64,000 nt of DNA from Octopus vulgaris (GCA_951406725.2 OX597817.1:114514001-114578000), one strand, 5' to 3'. Numbered from the stretch's first letter, positions 39,495-52,870 are shown. Numbers and translations are program-made. Notes: a model not told the origin generated them from the letters alone.

Positions 39495-42019
39495 TCCATT
39501 CGTACCGAAATTTTTCTAGAGTATGAAATTGCCTGAAAATTCACAGATAATATTATTTTGACCTAAATAACAAGAGAAAAAAAATTTCATTGAAATCTGT
39601 ATGATATTTCCTGAATTAATCACTGTCAGTTACAACAGACATTAGGCACTGTGCATATGAATATTTAATAAGCTTGTTAACTGTGCAATTTACTTATTTA
39701 GAGGCTAATAAAAGTATCATATCTAACCATAACTCTATTATGAATATAATTCCTGTTCACAAAAATAAGATATCAATGAAAACTGAAAATTTATTTAGTA
39801 AGATATATCCTTTTGAAATGAAACTATATAGCTTTACTGAACATGGTACTTCTTGAACTCCTACATAACATTTTTCACGTATGAAATGACTTTTCCCAGA
39901 GCACTCTTTGCATCTCCTTTGATTTGGAATATATTCAATCCAATGCTCAACACCATCATATCCTGCATTGTCTTTCAAATGAGCAGATGTGCATTTTCTT
40001 TGAAACTTTGGAGTGCCATACATTTTCAATAGAGTTAGAGAAATGTTTTCAATAAATTGTATAATGTAATTTTGTACTTTGCTCTATTCATCAAGATGCA
40101 TGTGTTTTGGATTGCTACAGATACAAAATATGATAAAATAGGCCACCACCGTTTATTTTGCAACATTTGAATCCTATAGGAAGCGATGTTATGATCCAGA
40201 AGGTCAACAAATCCCATATATTTGTTGTAATTTTGGATGCTTTCAGGCTGTGGAATTGGAACATATTTCTTTTGAGGCCTATCATAGCATTTAACAATGG
40301 ACATTTTATAGGTTTCAATGTTTGATAGCAGAACAACATCATTATCTTTCCATTTCACAGCGACTATATTTGAAGTAGACTTGAAGTCAGCTGTTCCTCT
40401 GGGGCATGCATTCATTTCAGTTTTCGTTTTGAAAGGACATCTAGCTGTCCTATTTTCTCTGCAGGTTCCTGATGCACATATTTCTTTCTCATAAAGTTTC
40501 TGCATCAATTGAATACGTGTGAAATAGTTATCAAAAAATAGTTTGAAACCTTTATTGTCTGGTACTCCTACAGCATCAATGAGATCAAGGCAATGTTCCC
40601 ACCAAGGCCAAATGCATTTTCGGTTTAGTTAGGACTGTCTTTCTTCCAGTATAGAGGTCAAAAGCATGCATATATCCATGCTGAGAACAAAGGACCCGAA
40701 CTTTGAAACCAAACCAAATTGGTTTCCCTTTTATAAATTGTTTGGTATGGTACTTGCCATAATATGGAATCATACTTTCATCAACAGAGAGATGTTCTCT
40801 TAAGCCACCATGTTCCTTGAATTTTTTTTTTGTAAGTGGTCAAGTAGAGGTCTGAGTTTGAATGCAGCCCACCAAAGAATACATACAGTTACGATTTGCA
40901 TACACTCAGAACTTTACCTTTTTGAACAGCATATCAGTTTGTTCTACAATGTCATCCAGTAATTCATCTGTGAAGAGCAAATTAAAGAAACCTAGTGTAT
41001 TTGAGCAAGATTTTGCTTCCTCATATATATCTACAGGCTCGCATGAAGTTTAAACATGATTCACCGCTTTGTTTTTCTTCCAATTTCTTGTTTTATTGAA
41101 TTTAATTTGTTTTGAATATCCTGCAATTTCTTCAATGTCTTCAGGTATATCCTGTTGACAAGAAATTTGTGCACCAGTTTCCAAAAGCCCTCTTTTCAGT
41201 CAAGCTGAGGAAACTAGAGACTCATCATCTGAAGCATCACTATCGCCATTGGAAAGTTCTATATTCTGAGTTAAAATTCCGCCAAGGTCAACTTTGCCTT
41301 TCATCCTTTCGGGGTCGATAAATAAAGTACCAGTTTCGCACTGGGGTCGATGTAATCGACTTAATCCATTTGTTTGTCCTTGTTTGTCCCCTCTATGTTT
41401 AGCGCCTTGTGGGTAGTAAAGAAATATATATTGTGAGGAAGACCCATGTGAACATCACCTCTGTTGCTCAGCTCTTCCAATAATGCTCGGGCTTCTGCTG
41501 TTGTAAGACCGAAAGAAAAAATTACAATGATATCGGGATGTGTGGACACAAAATTTATTTCATATATATTATTTTGGCTATTTATAACATGAAGCTCTAT
41601 CAACATGCATGAAATATTAGGAGTGTTGTTTTATGTCTAAGTTGCCTGATATCTATTATAACAGACAGGGTGTTATAAGTTATTTTATTTACGGCATAAA
41701 TCTCAGACAAATAATATTTGTCATCTCACCTATGATCATAAAAAAACATATAAGAAACCACAATAATGCCTACAGAATGTAATAATTGGAAATAATTGGC
41801 TTACCATTTACTGTGCGTCCTGCTTGTACTCACCATGTTGCACAGCTGTGGTTGTTACAAGTTATGATGCAAGCATTTGTTCAAACAGACTGCATTCTCG
41901 TTAAGCACATGTTTCATTCTTTGATACAGATCATACAAAAATTACAAATTGAATGAAGCATTTGTTTTATACCCTTATAAATTAAGTGTCAGTTTAAACA
42001 GACAGTCGGCATGAATGGG
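39495..42019 (-). mobile_element. piggyBac DNA transposon with both ends, decayed
   Basis: TTAA at 39491-4 and 42020-3. TIRs TCCATTCGTACCGA and TCGGCATGAATGGG. Subterminal quasi-palindrome TGTCAGTT..AACAGACA at ~39624 and ~41987. A SINE is inserted at ~41260-41425. Confidence 0.92.
39850..41250 (-). pseudogene. piggyBac (PGBD2/3-like) transposase pseudogene
   Basis: Catalytic-aspartate motifs LSVDESMIPYYG..KQFIKGKPIWFGFK, LFFDNYFT and YNKYMGFVDLLD, plus a C-terminal Cys-rich RRCKEC..KC. Split over several frames (40585-40773, 40035-40508, 39757-40029). Confidence 0.9.
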
Positions 42020-44502
42020 TTAATGTCATAAGATAGAGTATCAGCCAAGTATTGCCGTTGAATTAATTCATTTGACATCTTCCTTAATTTCATCCCTTAC
42101 CAAACCTTTTTTATGCCAATGTCTGAGCAATGCTGTGTGAGATCAAAAATTAATTTGCACTGACCTTAAGCTTCTTACTCAATGATTCTGTTCTGAAGTA
42201 GAGTCTGTTAGTATTACTTTACTAATTCACCACCCTTATATAGTCACTAGAAGAACTGAATTGTCAGCTCTGACTACAAATTTAGTTACCCTGACATACA
42301 CCTTCAAATATTAGAGAGATGGGATGTTGTGTATTCTGTTTTTAGAATGGAGAGTTCTTAGTAAATTTTTCAGATTATAGCTGTTGTTTAGCTGTAAATC
42401 AGCACTGATCGGGCAGATCTATATCTTAACATGCCTTCAGTTTCAAAATATTTGTTAGAAACAGGTATCTTTCAACAGATCACTATTCATGTTGATATAT
42501 GTATACATACATTTATTAAGGCAGAGTTGTTATCATACAGGGAAAAATGCTAAGTATGATTTTGTCAGTCTTCGTGTTCTGAGTTCAAATTCTGCCAAGG
42601 TTGACTTTAGCTTTCACCCTTTCAAGGTTGATAAAATAAATACTAGTTGAGCACTGAGGTTAATGTCAGCTGCTACTAAAAAGAGGAAGCCTTAACAGAA
42701 AATGTTTATACGCAGGTGTAGAGATGGGTTGTGTAGGTAACAGCATTACTAAGCAACTTTGTAGTTTTGAGTTCAGTCCCACTGCATGGTACATCAGTCA
42801 AGAGTCTTCACTTACAACTTTGGGTTGACTAATGCTTTCTGAATGACATTTAGTAGATGGAAACCAAACTGAAGCCTGTTTGACATGCACACACACACAC
42901 ACACGTGTGTGTGTGTTTATGTATGTATTTATGTAATAGTTTATATTATGATCATATTGACCCCTAGCATCCAAAGGCAACCAGAAATCTGGACAATTGT
43001 AATGTGTACTATTGAATAAAAAATAGGAAACTCTACACTTGTATTTTTTATTGTGTACTATATATAAAAGTAATTGACTTTGATTGAACTAATTTCAATA
43101 AAGCAAAGACATAGTGTGTGTGTATGTGTGTGTGTGTGTGTGTGTGTATGCATATATATTTGATTGTCTCCATGTGTCTTAGCATTAACATTAGAGGACT
43201 AGGTCTGCTGTGACGTTTGATTATGTCCTGTAGGTCAGTTGTTTGATGTGTGAAGACCAGCAGAATAAAATAGTTGTATGAAACCAGTCTGTACTGCAGA
43301 AAAGGTTGGGAATGGCTGGTATAAACTTTATTGTTTCTTCAAATAAAATTCATCGTGCGTTTAGTAAAGGAAACAAATTTTACCAATTCAGATACTTGGG
43401 CTTGTTTAGAACTCGTTCGTAGATTTTGAGTGAGTGATCTGACTACATCTTGTTCCAACTTACTTTTTTGTATTACAAATGAGTGTCATTATTTTTAGCC
43501 ACAAGGTTTGTCTGTGTGATTACATGCCAGTTAGATGCTGTAATGGTTTTCTTGATAGGAATTTTTATTTTATTTTGAGCAACCGAGCAAGCAAATAAAC
43601 TCTCTTCTGTAAAATGTTAACATCTTATATCAATATACGATGATTAAATCTGTCTGTATATATTTGTATATTTGTCACTTCCTGAAGGCCCATATATTGT
43701 ACACACACACACACACACACAAGCGTGTATGTGTGCATATATATATAGATAAACAGAAGCGTATGTATATATAAATATACACACACATACAAACATATAA
43801 GTACATATATATTCAATATTTTATATATATATATATATATATATGTCTGTGTGTGGGAGATCACATTTATTTGCTTTCAGATGTTGGTTAGATGTCTGAT
43901 TTTGAAACTGGAAGCAATATTTTCTGATGTGATAAAAAGATAAAAATGTCAAAAATGAAAGAATCCAACAAAACACACACACACACATATATATATATTT
44001 ATGTGTGTATGCTTGTGTGTGTAAATAGGGAACAGTCATGTTTCCACGCACACACACACACTCATATGTATGTATATGTGCGCATGTATGTGTGTGTGTG
44101 TATATATATATATGCATATGTGTGTGTATATATATTTCTTTATTTATATGTATATATGTGTGTATATATGTATATATAATGTATACATATATATATATAT
44201 ATGTGTATATATATATATATGTATACATACATACATATATATAAATATATGTATATAGATGATATATATATGTACATATATGATATATTTGTGTGTGTAT
44301 ATATATACATATATTACATATATATATATATATATATATATATAGATATATACATATATATCTCAGTACAGTTATGCATATATAGATATATACATATGTC
44401 ATTTTATATATGAATACAATCAAATACTTTATGCACCTTTATTCAAAAATTATATAGGTATAAGTTTGTGTGTATATATTATACATATATGTGTATGTAT
44501 GT

Positions 44503-44549
<47 letters not shown>

Positions 44550-44705
44550 TCATATATATATATATATATATATATATAGTTGAGTATAGAAATTCGGGGT
44601 GAGTACTTGATAATTATAAGCACCTGTGTATACCGTTTGGTGGTGTAGGTGGTGGAGTAAATTGATCAAAATAAAATAAAATAAAAACATGATGCGAAGG
44701 ATTCA

Positions 44706-44783
44706 GCGGTACATATGTTTCGGGCCTTTATTAGACAGATTTATAACAATGCATAATGTATGTCTGTGGCCTTCTTCAGCCGC
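44706..44783 (-). ncRNA. Minimal type-I hammerhead ribozyme (sense strand of the Penelope 3' pseudo-LTR)
   Basis: Minus strand reads GCGG-CUGAAGA-AGGCC..AGACA..UGUCU..GGCCC-GAAAC-AUAU-GUA-CCGC. Stem I GCGG/CCGC, intact CUGANGA and GAAA cores, palindromic stem III ACAUAUGU, GUA cleavage triplet. Confidence 0.85.
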
Positions 44784-46686
44784 GCACAACAGCTTCCACA
44801 AGGACATGTGTTACATCAAAAATTCTTGGTTGGGGATGCAAATCCTCTCATTCACGTACGACATAATGCGGCAGCAGCATAGAGTTGAAGCGTCCATCTC
44901 TTTCTTCTCTCAATGTAGAATGAGGAAGATTGGATGTTGAGGTAATGTAAATAAATAAATACATATATTGAGGTGAAGATGGAGGGGCGAGAGTTCGGGA
45001 CGAGGGATAAAAAATGTATAAAAAGTGTAAGTATAGAATAATATAAAAATGTAGAGGATAAAGATATAAAGAGTTGTAAGGAGATGTAAAGGGGGTATAA
45101 AGAAATATAAAGAAATATAAATAAATGTAAAGGCATAAGGTTATAAAGTAAAAATAGAAATAGAAATAAAAGTAAAAAAACCTGATAAAAACATGATAAA
45201 AGTGTAAAAGAATGTAAAGATAAGGGATGTATAGAGGTTACGGACCAAGCATGGTGGTCATGAGATTGATAAAATTTAGTTGTAGAATTGTCAGTAAATC
45301 AGCAGTTTCGTCTGGGGACTTAATGCGTTGTAAATCAGAGCTGATGAGCATTTGATCTGGTTCCTTGAATTAAATGGACTTCTAGTACATACATATCATC
45401 ATGGATACATACACCCACATACACGCGTACATATACGCCTCCAAGCCTATAAGCATACACACGCACTCGCGTGTAAACACGTACATAAACACACACGCAC
45501 CCACACGCATGCGCGTACACACACATACATACAACAGAATATCCGCATATATACACGGACATTACGCGCGTACACGCTCACATGTATATACGCGCGCCCA
45601 TCACTACATACACACACGTATATGCCCACGCCTCTAGGTCCAGGTATAAGATATTAAAGGATGTGTATAAGAACGTATGTAAAGAATCCCGTACTCATGT
45701 CAATACGCGCACGCACATACGGCTGTGTGTCCGTATGTGCGTGCGCATATACACCCATATACACACACAGAGACATACGTGCACATGGGTATAGCTATAA
45801 GATATCGAAGTATGCATGTACATATATGCGCGTGCATATGTATGTATGCGTATACACACGTACGCGGACGCTCGTATATTCAAAAGTTGGATCTATAGGT
45901 AAGTAAATAAACATATATAGAGGTGTAAAGCGATAAGTTAGGGGTAAGAATGAGGGTAAGGGTAAAGATTAGAAATAAAAAATACAGTATAAAATAAGAA
46001 ATACAATGTAATAGTTAGAAATGAAGTATAAGAATTATAAAAATTATAAGAGTTAAGGTAAGGGATGAAAATGAAAATGAGAATAAATGGAAGTAGAATA
46101 AAAGTAAAAATAAAATTAAAAATAAAATTAAAAATAAAAATAAATGGAAGTAGGATAAAAGTAAAATAAAAGTAAAAATAAAAATAAAATAAAATAAGAT
46201 AAAAATATAATTTTGTAAAGTTTAACATGAGATGAAGTTGGTTGAAAGTTAGAGGTGTGCGTTAAACGTAGGGGCGGGCGGGGGGAACTGAAAATTGGAA
46301 GGGTGGGAAGTGGAGTTTGGCGGTGTGCATTCAACATCTGAGTTAGAAATGTGAAAGGGTATAGATATAGGGAATTAAAGAGACTACATAGGGAGGATAT
46401 GGGTGTAGGAGAAGAAATATTTAGGGAAAAGAAGTCATATATGGGAGACAAAATTTGTATATATAGGGGGAAAATGCAGGGAACCGTATATGCACATACA
46501 CACACCCACACACACACACACACGCACATGTATATATATATGTATATGTACACATACGTACACGTATGTGCACATACATACGTACACACACACACATACG
46601 CACGCACATATAGGAAAGCGGGATGTGCTGGAGCCGACAGGTTGCACCGGGTGGGAGGAAATTGCATGGGGGAGTTGGTATAAGAC

Positions 46687-48690
46687 CTAAGCATTGTAGT
46701 ATTTGAAAGTATTAATAAGTTTATGTATACAGGATGGTTTGAACTCTGACCTTTTGTTAATAAGATTGTGTTTGTCTTTGAATTTCAAGATGTTCAGGAG
46801 TTCTACACAGCATAGTTGGCATCCTGCTCTATTATTTAAATAAGGTGCAGCTGATCCGATGATGGACCATCTGAGTTTGAAGCCTATGCATTTGTCTTTT
46901 AATTCCCAAATTCTTTTAGAGAGGGAGGTGCTGTTAGCCTTATGTCTGTGTCTCAGCGAGGACCGGTGGTTGTAGTATCTGGATTTCCAGGAGGTTGAGC
47001 AACCAATATAGGTGAGTGTGTTAAACTGAGTACTCACCTCACATGAGTATATTACGTTTTTCGCCCTACATGCGCCCTGCAGCGGGCACTCTGATGCACA
47101 TCTGCAGTTGCATTGCATTGCATTATTCGGTCGTGTGCTGCTAATCCCAGGCGGAGGTGTTGCAATACGAGTGGGGGCGTTGGTATCCTCCTGGTTGTTG
47201 ATGGGTGTAGTGTTTCCTCTGTTGTGTTGGCGGGTGTTATTACTAACTGTTTGGGTAGTATGGCTGCCAGTCTGGTTATATTGTCTACTGTCTAGATGAG
47301 GGGGGTTCTGTTGGTCGCTATGGTTTGCTCTTGATCTAGCTGTTCTAATATTAATATAGTTATGTTTAGCTATGAGGCAGCTCATGTTGGGCAGGGTAGA
47401 GTAGGAAATCCTAATAGTTTTGTTGGAGAAGATACTTCTATACTTGTGGGTGGGTGGGAAGTTGTTGGAAATTATAGAGAATATTCTCTTACATAACTTA
47501 CCCCTAACTGCTAAGTTGAAAGGTATGTTGAACCATATATATTTGCGTAATCTACTATTATCCCTTCTATTTCTCCTAATAGGATCTATATTGCTCTCGT
47601 CGGGAGGGTTACTATTGTGTGCTGTTCTATTAGTTCGCCTATTTCCTATACGTTGTTTGGAGTTTAAATTAGAATTATCGCTAGTGTGAGTTGAGTGCTG
47701 AGTTCGATTATAATTGGGAGTTTTATGGCCGACGGACGCTCCCGGGTGGTCTACATATGATATTCTCTGGTTATACCCGGCACTATAGAGAGCCTGGTTG
47801 TAGTGTTGTGCATGATTATTGAAAATTTCTCTATTAGAGGATAGTTTTGTCAGTCTGTCTGAGATGGCTTGGACCGTGGTGCTAATTATACAGGGTGGAT
47901 GGTTGGAAGAGGTATGGATGTATTTGGTAGTTTCTTCTGGTTTCCTATACGGGTAGTGAAGGTACTTATTCAAATCTAACGTAACATCTAAGAAGTTTAC
48001 TGTTTTAGTATTGGTCATAAATTCTAGTTTAAGATTGAAGGATTTGAAAAAAAGCCTGATCTTTTTCCTAATTCTTTCTAGTTTACTCCTATTGTTGGTG
48101 GGGTATATGAAGAGAGCGTCGTCTCTGTATAGACCCCCTGAAGATCCGGTACCTCGGAGAAAAGCTTCTTGAGCAGGTAGGCCCCGACCAAGTCAGTCAC
48201 CTGAGCTGAATCGCTCGAGCCCATAGCCACATTGGAATTGTCGGGGGTATCGGATCTGGTCCAGAGTCTACCGTCGAATTCTATTATGGTTTTTCTAGCT
48301 AATAGAATTATGTCAATTTGTTCTCTGTCTATGAGTGAAAGGTTGCGGGCAAAAATAAGAGATTTGTTAAGTAAGATGGGGGATATACTGGCGTAGTAGC
48401 TAGCTATGTCGAATTGGATGAATGAGTAGTCGGGCCTATTGGTGAGTGTTAAACCATTCTAGCACATCGTTGGTGTTAATCCATAGTTGGAGTGGGATGA
48501 GGGGTTTGATGTGTGGGATCACCTTGTCCAGGATGGTCTTGCTAAGTCTGCCGATATCCGATTTAGTCGGACAGATTAATCGTACTCCTACACTATCTGG
48601 GAAGTCTTTCTTATGGTCTTTAATAGTAATTTTGGGTACTTGTGGTTTAATAGGTTCTGTTCTGTCCAGGAGGTCTAATTTGCTCCATAA
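46687..48690 (-). pseudogene. Penelope-type reverse transcriptase + GIY-YIG endonuclease (two frameshifts; 443-aa open C-terminal part 46687-48018)
   Basis: ITIKDHKKDFP..RLICPTKSDIG, FIQFDIASYY (motif A), MGSSDSAQVTDLVG (motif B), GLYRDDAL (motif C), VNFLDVTL, YIHTSSNHPP, WFNIPF, CNCRCASECPL, VIY..YIG..RYYNH, CQLC, INKRSE..CIH. Frameshifts near 48445 and 48135. Confidence 0.93.
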
Positions 48691-48807
48691 GAGATGGACG
48701 CTTCAACTCTATGCTGCTGCCGCATTATGTCGTACGTGAATGAGAGGATTTGCATCCCCAACCAAGAATTTTTGATGTAACACATGTCCTTGTGGAAGCT
48801 GTTGTGC

Positions 48808-48881
48808 GCGGCTGAAGAAGGCCACAGACATACATTATGCATTGTTATAAATCTAATAAAGGCCCGAAACATATGTACCGC
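48808..48881 (+). ncRNA. Minimal type-I hammerhead ribozyme (inverted copy)
   Basis: GCGG CTGAAGA AGGCC...GGCCC GAAAC ATAT GTA CCGC. Identical to the 44706-44783 copy except for 4 nt missing in the stem II region. Confidence 0.85.
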
Positions 48882-48959
48882 TGAATCCTTCGCATCATGT
48901 TTTTATTTTATTTTATTTTGATCAATTTATATATATATATATATATATATATAAACAAG

Positions 48960-49067
<108 letters not shown>

Positions 49068-49559
49068 GTATACATACATGCATACTACACATATATGTAT
49101 GTTTGTATGTGTGTGTATATAAATATATATGTTTGTGTATGTACACATTGGCACAAAGTTACAAAGTCGTTTATGAAGACATGACCATACGATGTTGAAA
49201 CTTTCATAAATATCATCTACAAGTATTTACAGAAACTGGCACGGTGTATTTTGGTTTGTGTGTGTTGTATGCAAGCCTTCGTGTATGTATGGACGTATAT
49301 GCACATATCTAGACAAAACACACAAACAGTCATTATCACGAATGCTATATTTTTTTCTACTTCGTAATGCAATGTTCTTTAATTTTTAGTGATCCGCCCT
49401 CTATCATCTAAAGCATTGTTATATCAACCCTCTTGCTACTCACAGACCCACACATGGACATACTCTCTTACCTATGTACATATATATGTGTGTGCTTTGT
49501 GTGTGTGTACAGATATTTTTAATAAATCTACTTATCTCTTGTGTAAATCATTTAACAAG

Positions 49560-50218
49560 GAACCAGTATTGTTGCGTTTGGCTTAATAAATTAATTCGGT
49601 CTCTAAAGCAACATAATAAACAATTTGATTTGAAATGGAATATTCTATCTAGATCCTTCCTATTTGACAAATGTTAATCTTTTTGTCTGCTCTTTAACGA
49701 AGAACAAGTTCTCATCCTTTTCTCTGAGAACACTCTCGCAAAGACGTTTAAAGAATGTGTTTATCGTTGTAAACGTTGGTAAAAACATACCTTTAGTTCC
49801 TATAAGTAATTTCTACCAATCTCTAAAATTTGACCTTTAACTGTCTTCTTACATTTCATTTCCACTACATCTATCTATTTCCACACTTTTAAGCTTTATT
49901 CCCATTCATCTATCACACTATATTTCTCCATTCTTAATTTTCTGTTAATATCTTTCTTTCTCCTCTTTCTCTTTCTCTAAATTACCTTTGATGTTAAATC
50001 TATTAACGTTTTTTTTTTAAAAAATAACTTGCTAGCATTCCCCTTCCTCATATATATGATAATCACATTTGTTTAAGATGGTCTTTTTGTTTCTCTTTTT
50101 TTCCCCTGGTGAGATGATCGTATTGTTTTGCATCATTTTATTCCCTCTGGAATAATATCTTCGAAACATATGTCGGAAGTATAAAGATTTGAATAACACC
50201 TACGTTTGACTCCATTCT

Positions 50219-50220
<2 letters not shown>
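49560..50220 (+). mobile_element. Old Penelope-like 3' fragment (end of GIY-YIG domain, UTR with decayed hammerheads)
   Basis: LNKLIRSLKQHNKQFDLKWNILSRSF aligns by eye with LSKRIWELKDKCIGFKLRWSIIGSA of the neighbouring element. TTCCC CTGGTGA GATGAT...ATCTTC GAAAC ATAT GTC GGAA at 50101-50178. Ends at (TC)n(TA)n. Confidence 0.65.
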
Positions 50221-50294
<74 letters not shown>

Positions 50295-50959
50295 TTCTTT
50301 TATCTATCTTTTACTTCTTTCATTCGTTGGACTGCGTCCATGCTGGGGCACTGTCTTGAATATTTAGTTGACAGAACCAGCCCCCAGTACTTATTTTTTA
50401 AACTTGGTCTCTTTTGCTGAACCGCTAAGTTACATGGACACACCGACACTGACTGTCAAGTGGTGGTGGGGAGACACATATACACATATATATGGTGGTT
50501 GTCTATGCCTTATGCAGTGTCTGATCACCTCTTGTACCTACACCTTAGATGTGGTTTTTTTTAAACCAGACAGTGTATTGAAAAGACACCCACATAGATT
50601 GCATATCCGATTTAAACCACCAAGAGCTGCAGTTAAGTTCTGATCTTTGTGGATCTTAAAAATATCTTCTGAGGCCTCCTTTAGAATTGCAGACCTTATA
50701 GCAGACATGGCATTGAAAGTTGTGCACAGATATATGTAGAATAGTTGGTGGAGGTTTTGTGTGTGTGTGTGTGCAAAGAGGGTGGGTGCATCAAAGTCTC
50801 CTTGCTTTACTCCAAAAGATTCAGAGAGCCTACCACCAAAATTAACTCAAGCCTTCATATCTTGATGCAGAGCCCTGATCATGTTCACAAATTTTTCTGA
50901 GCAACCTATTTTTCTTAGAATTAGCCACAGAGCATTTTGATTAACAGTATTTCTTGAGT

Positions 50960-51466
50960 TAGAATGGGATGAGGTGGTGAAGCATGAGCTTCAAATGTTG
51001 GGCCTCACAGAGGCAATGACAAGCAACTGAGACTTTTGGAGATAAGCTGTGCTTGAGAAGACACAGCAAGCCAAATGAGACCGTAACCATGGCCAATGCC
51101 AGTATCACAAAACTGGCCCATTTAAAAGTACCCTTCAAATGTCGGGCAATATGCTGTGGTTGAGAAGACTTGTTGAGTCAAGTGAAATTGTAGTTGTGGC
51201 TGATGCCAGTACAGTCTGACTGTCACTCATGCCGGTAGCACATAAAAAGCACCATTCAAGTGTGGTTGATGCCAGTGCTACCTGACTGGCCCCCATGTCA
51301 GTGGCATGTAAAAAGCACTCTTGAAGTGGTTGGCATTAGGAAGGGCATCCAGCTGTAGAAACCTTGCCAGATCAGATTGGAGCCTAGTGCAGCCTCCTGG
51401 TTTGCCAATCTTCAGTCAACCCATGCCAGCATGGAAAGCAGACATTAAACAATGATGATGATGATG
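50960..51466 (+). mobile_element. RTE-like LINE 3' end with internally repeated UTR and (GAT)n tail
   Basis: WDEVVKHELQMLGLTEAMT..W..AVLEK, homologous to 24040-24140. Repeated CATG....GCA..TAAAAAGCAC units and the shared tail. Confidence 0.7.
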
Positions 51467-51479
51467 GTAATACAAAACT

Positions 51480-51900
51480 GCATACATATAAACAAATACA
51501 TGCACATACACAAATACACACGTATACACAAATACATACACATGCACAAATATATACGCCCACACAAATGTATACACATACTCAAATGCATACATATACA
51601 CAAATACATAGACATACACAAATACATACACATACCCTTACACATACACATACATATGCACAAATGCATACACATGCACAAATATATACACATACACATA
51701 CATATACACAAATACATACACATACACAAATACATACATATACACAAATACATGCATGTACACAAATGCATACACATACATAAATACATACATATGCAGA
51801 TACATGCATATACACATATACATGCATATACACGTATACATACATATACACAAATGCATGCTCATACACATACACATTCATAAATACATCCACATACAAA
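51480..51900. repeat. Degenerate 18-bp minisatellite (CACAAATACATACACATA)n
   Basis: About 20 degenerate units. They produce the spurious HKYIHI and YVFVYM repeat ORFs. Confidence 0.8.
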
Positions 51901-52524
51901 GCATATACATAACAGTTTGATGAGCTTGGGTTGAAAGTTGTCTATGGCCTTCAATACACATCAATCAATATAGAATAGATACACATACTTGCTTGAATAC
52001 ATACACAAACAAAAGTACACTTGGAAATACATTCACACACACATGCACGAACACAAGCACACATACAAATACGTTCATGCACGTAAACACACATACACAT
52101 GCAATACATACAAACAGACAAAACAGTTACTCAGTCAAAAGTTGTTATATATCAGCAATAAATGTTGCTGGAGTTCTGGATTACAAGATATTTAAAGCCC
52201 AGTGACCTGCGAAACATCAACGAGTGTTTATATTCAGTGTTCCTTTCAATGTTCTATGCAGACGTTCTTGGAGAGAGAAAAAAAAAGGAGAGAGAGAGAG
52301 AGAGAGACAAAAAACAAAAACCAAAAAAAAAAAAGAAAAAAGAAAAAAAGCAGAAACAGTCCCTTGGAATTGCAGAATTATTCAGCTGTTTGTAATCTAC
52401 AGCATATAGTATAAACACAGTCATGCATGAATGCCACTGCCTAATGCACAGAAGTACACATATGCCCATGCATTTTTTTTCATATGCATCCATATGTGTG
52501 TGTGCCTATCTGCTGTTTGTCCCT

Positions 52525-52567
<43 letters not shown>

Positions 52568-52585
52568 TATATATACAAATATGTA

Positions 52586-52637
<52 letters not shown>

Positions 52638-52814
52638 TCACATACATATTTGTGCACACATGCATTATATTGTGTAATATGTGCATAATTATGTATGTAT
52701 ATATGTGTGAATACATACATATCTGTATGCAGATGGAGGGTAAGAAAGAGAGAGCTGGTCATTTACATACACTGATGTATGCGTGCATAACCATATTGTG
52801 TATGTGTGCATGTG

Positions 52815-52870
<56 letters not shown>

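Larger units (their letters stand above)
44578..48927 (-). mobile_element. Penelope-like retroelement, 5'-truncated, with inverted pseudo-LTR copy, inserted in (TA)n
   Basis: RT + GIY-YIG on the minus strand and a ~2.1 kb 3' UTR. 44657-44901 is a near-perfect inverted copy of 48690-48927 apart from short indels. Long (TA)n on both flanks. The sequence is CpG-rich relative to the surroundings, suggesting recent insertion. Confidence 0.95.

Noticed and set aside
45400-45880. CpG-rich stretch resembling a CpG island or promoter, with overlapping ORFs
   Set aside because: It is alternating purine-pyrimidine simple sequence inside the Penelope 3' UTR. CpG retention is more simply explained by recent insertion.
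46687-48018. Selenocysteine recoding, reported for some Naiad elements
   Set aside because: The 443-aa frame has no in-frame TGA and the conserved positions are ordinary Cys. No SECIS was recognised.
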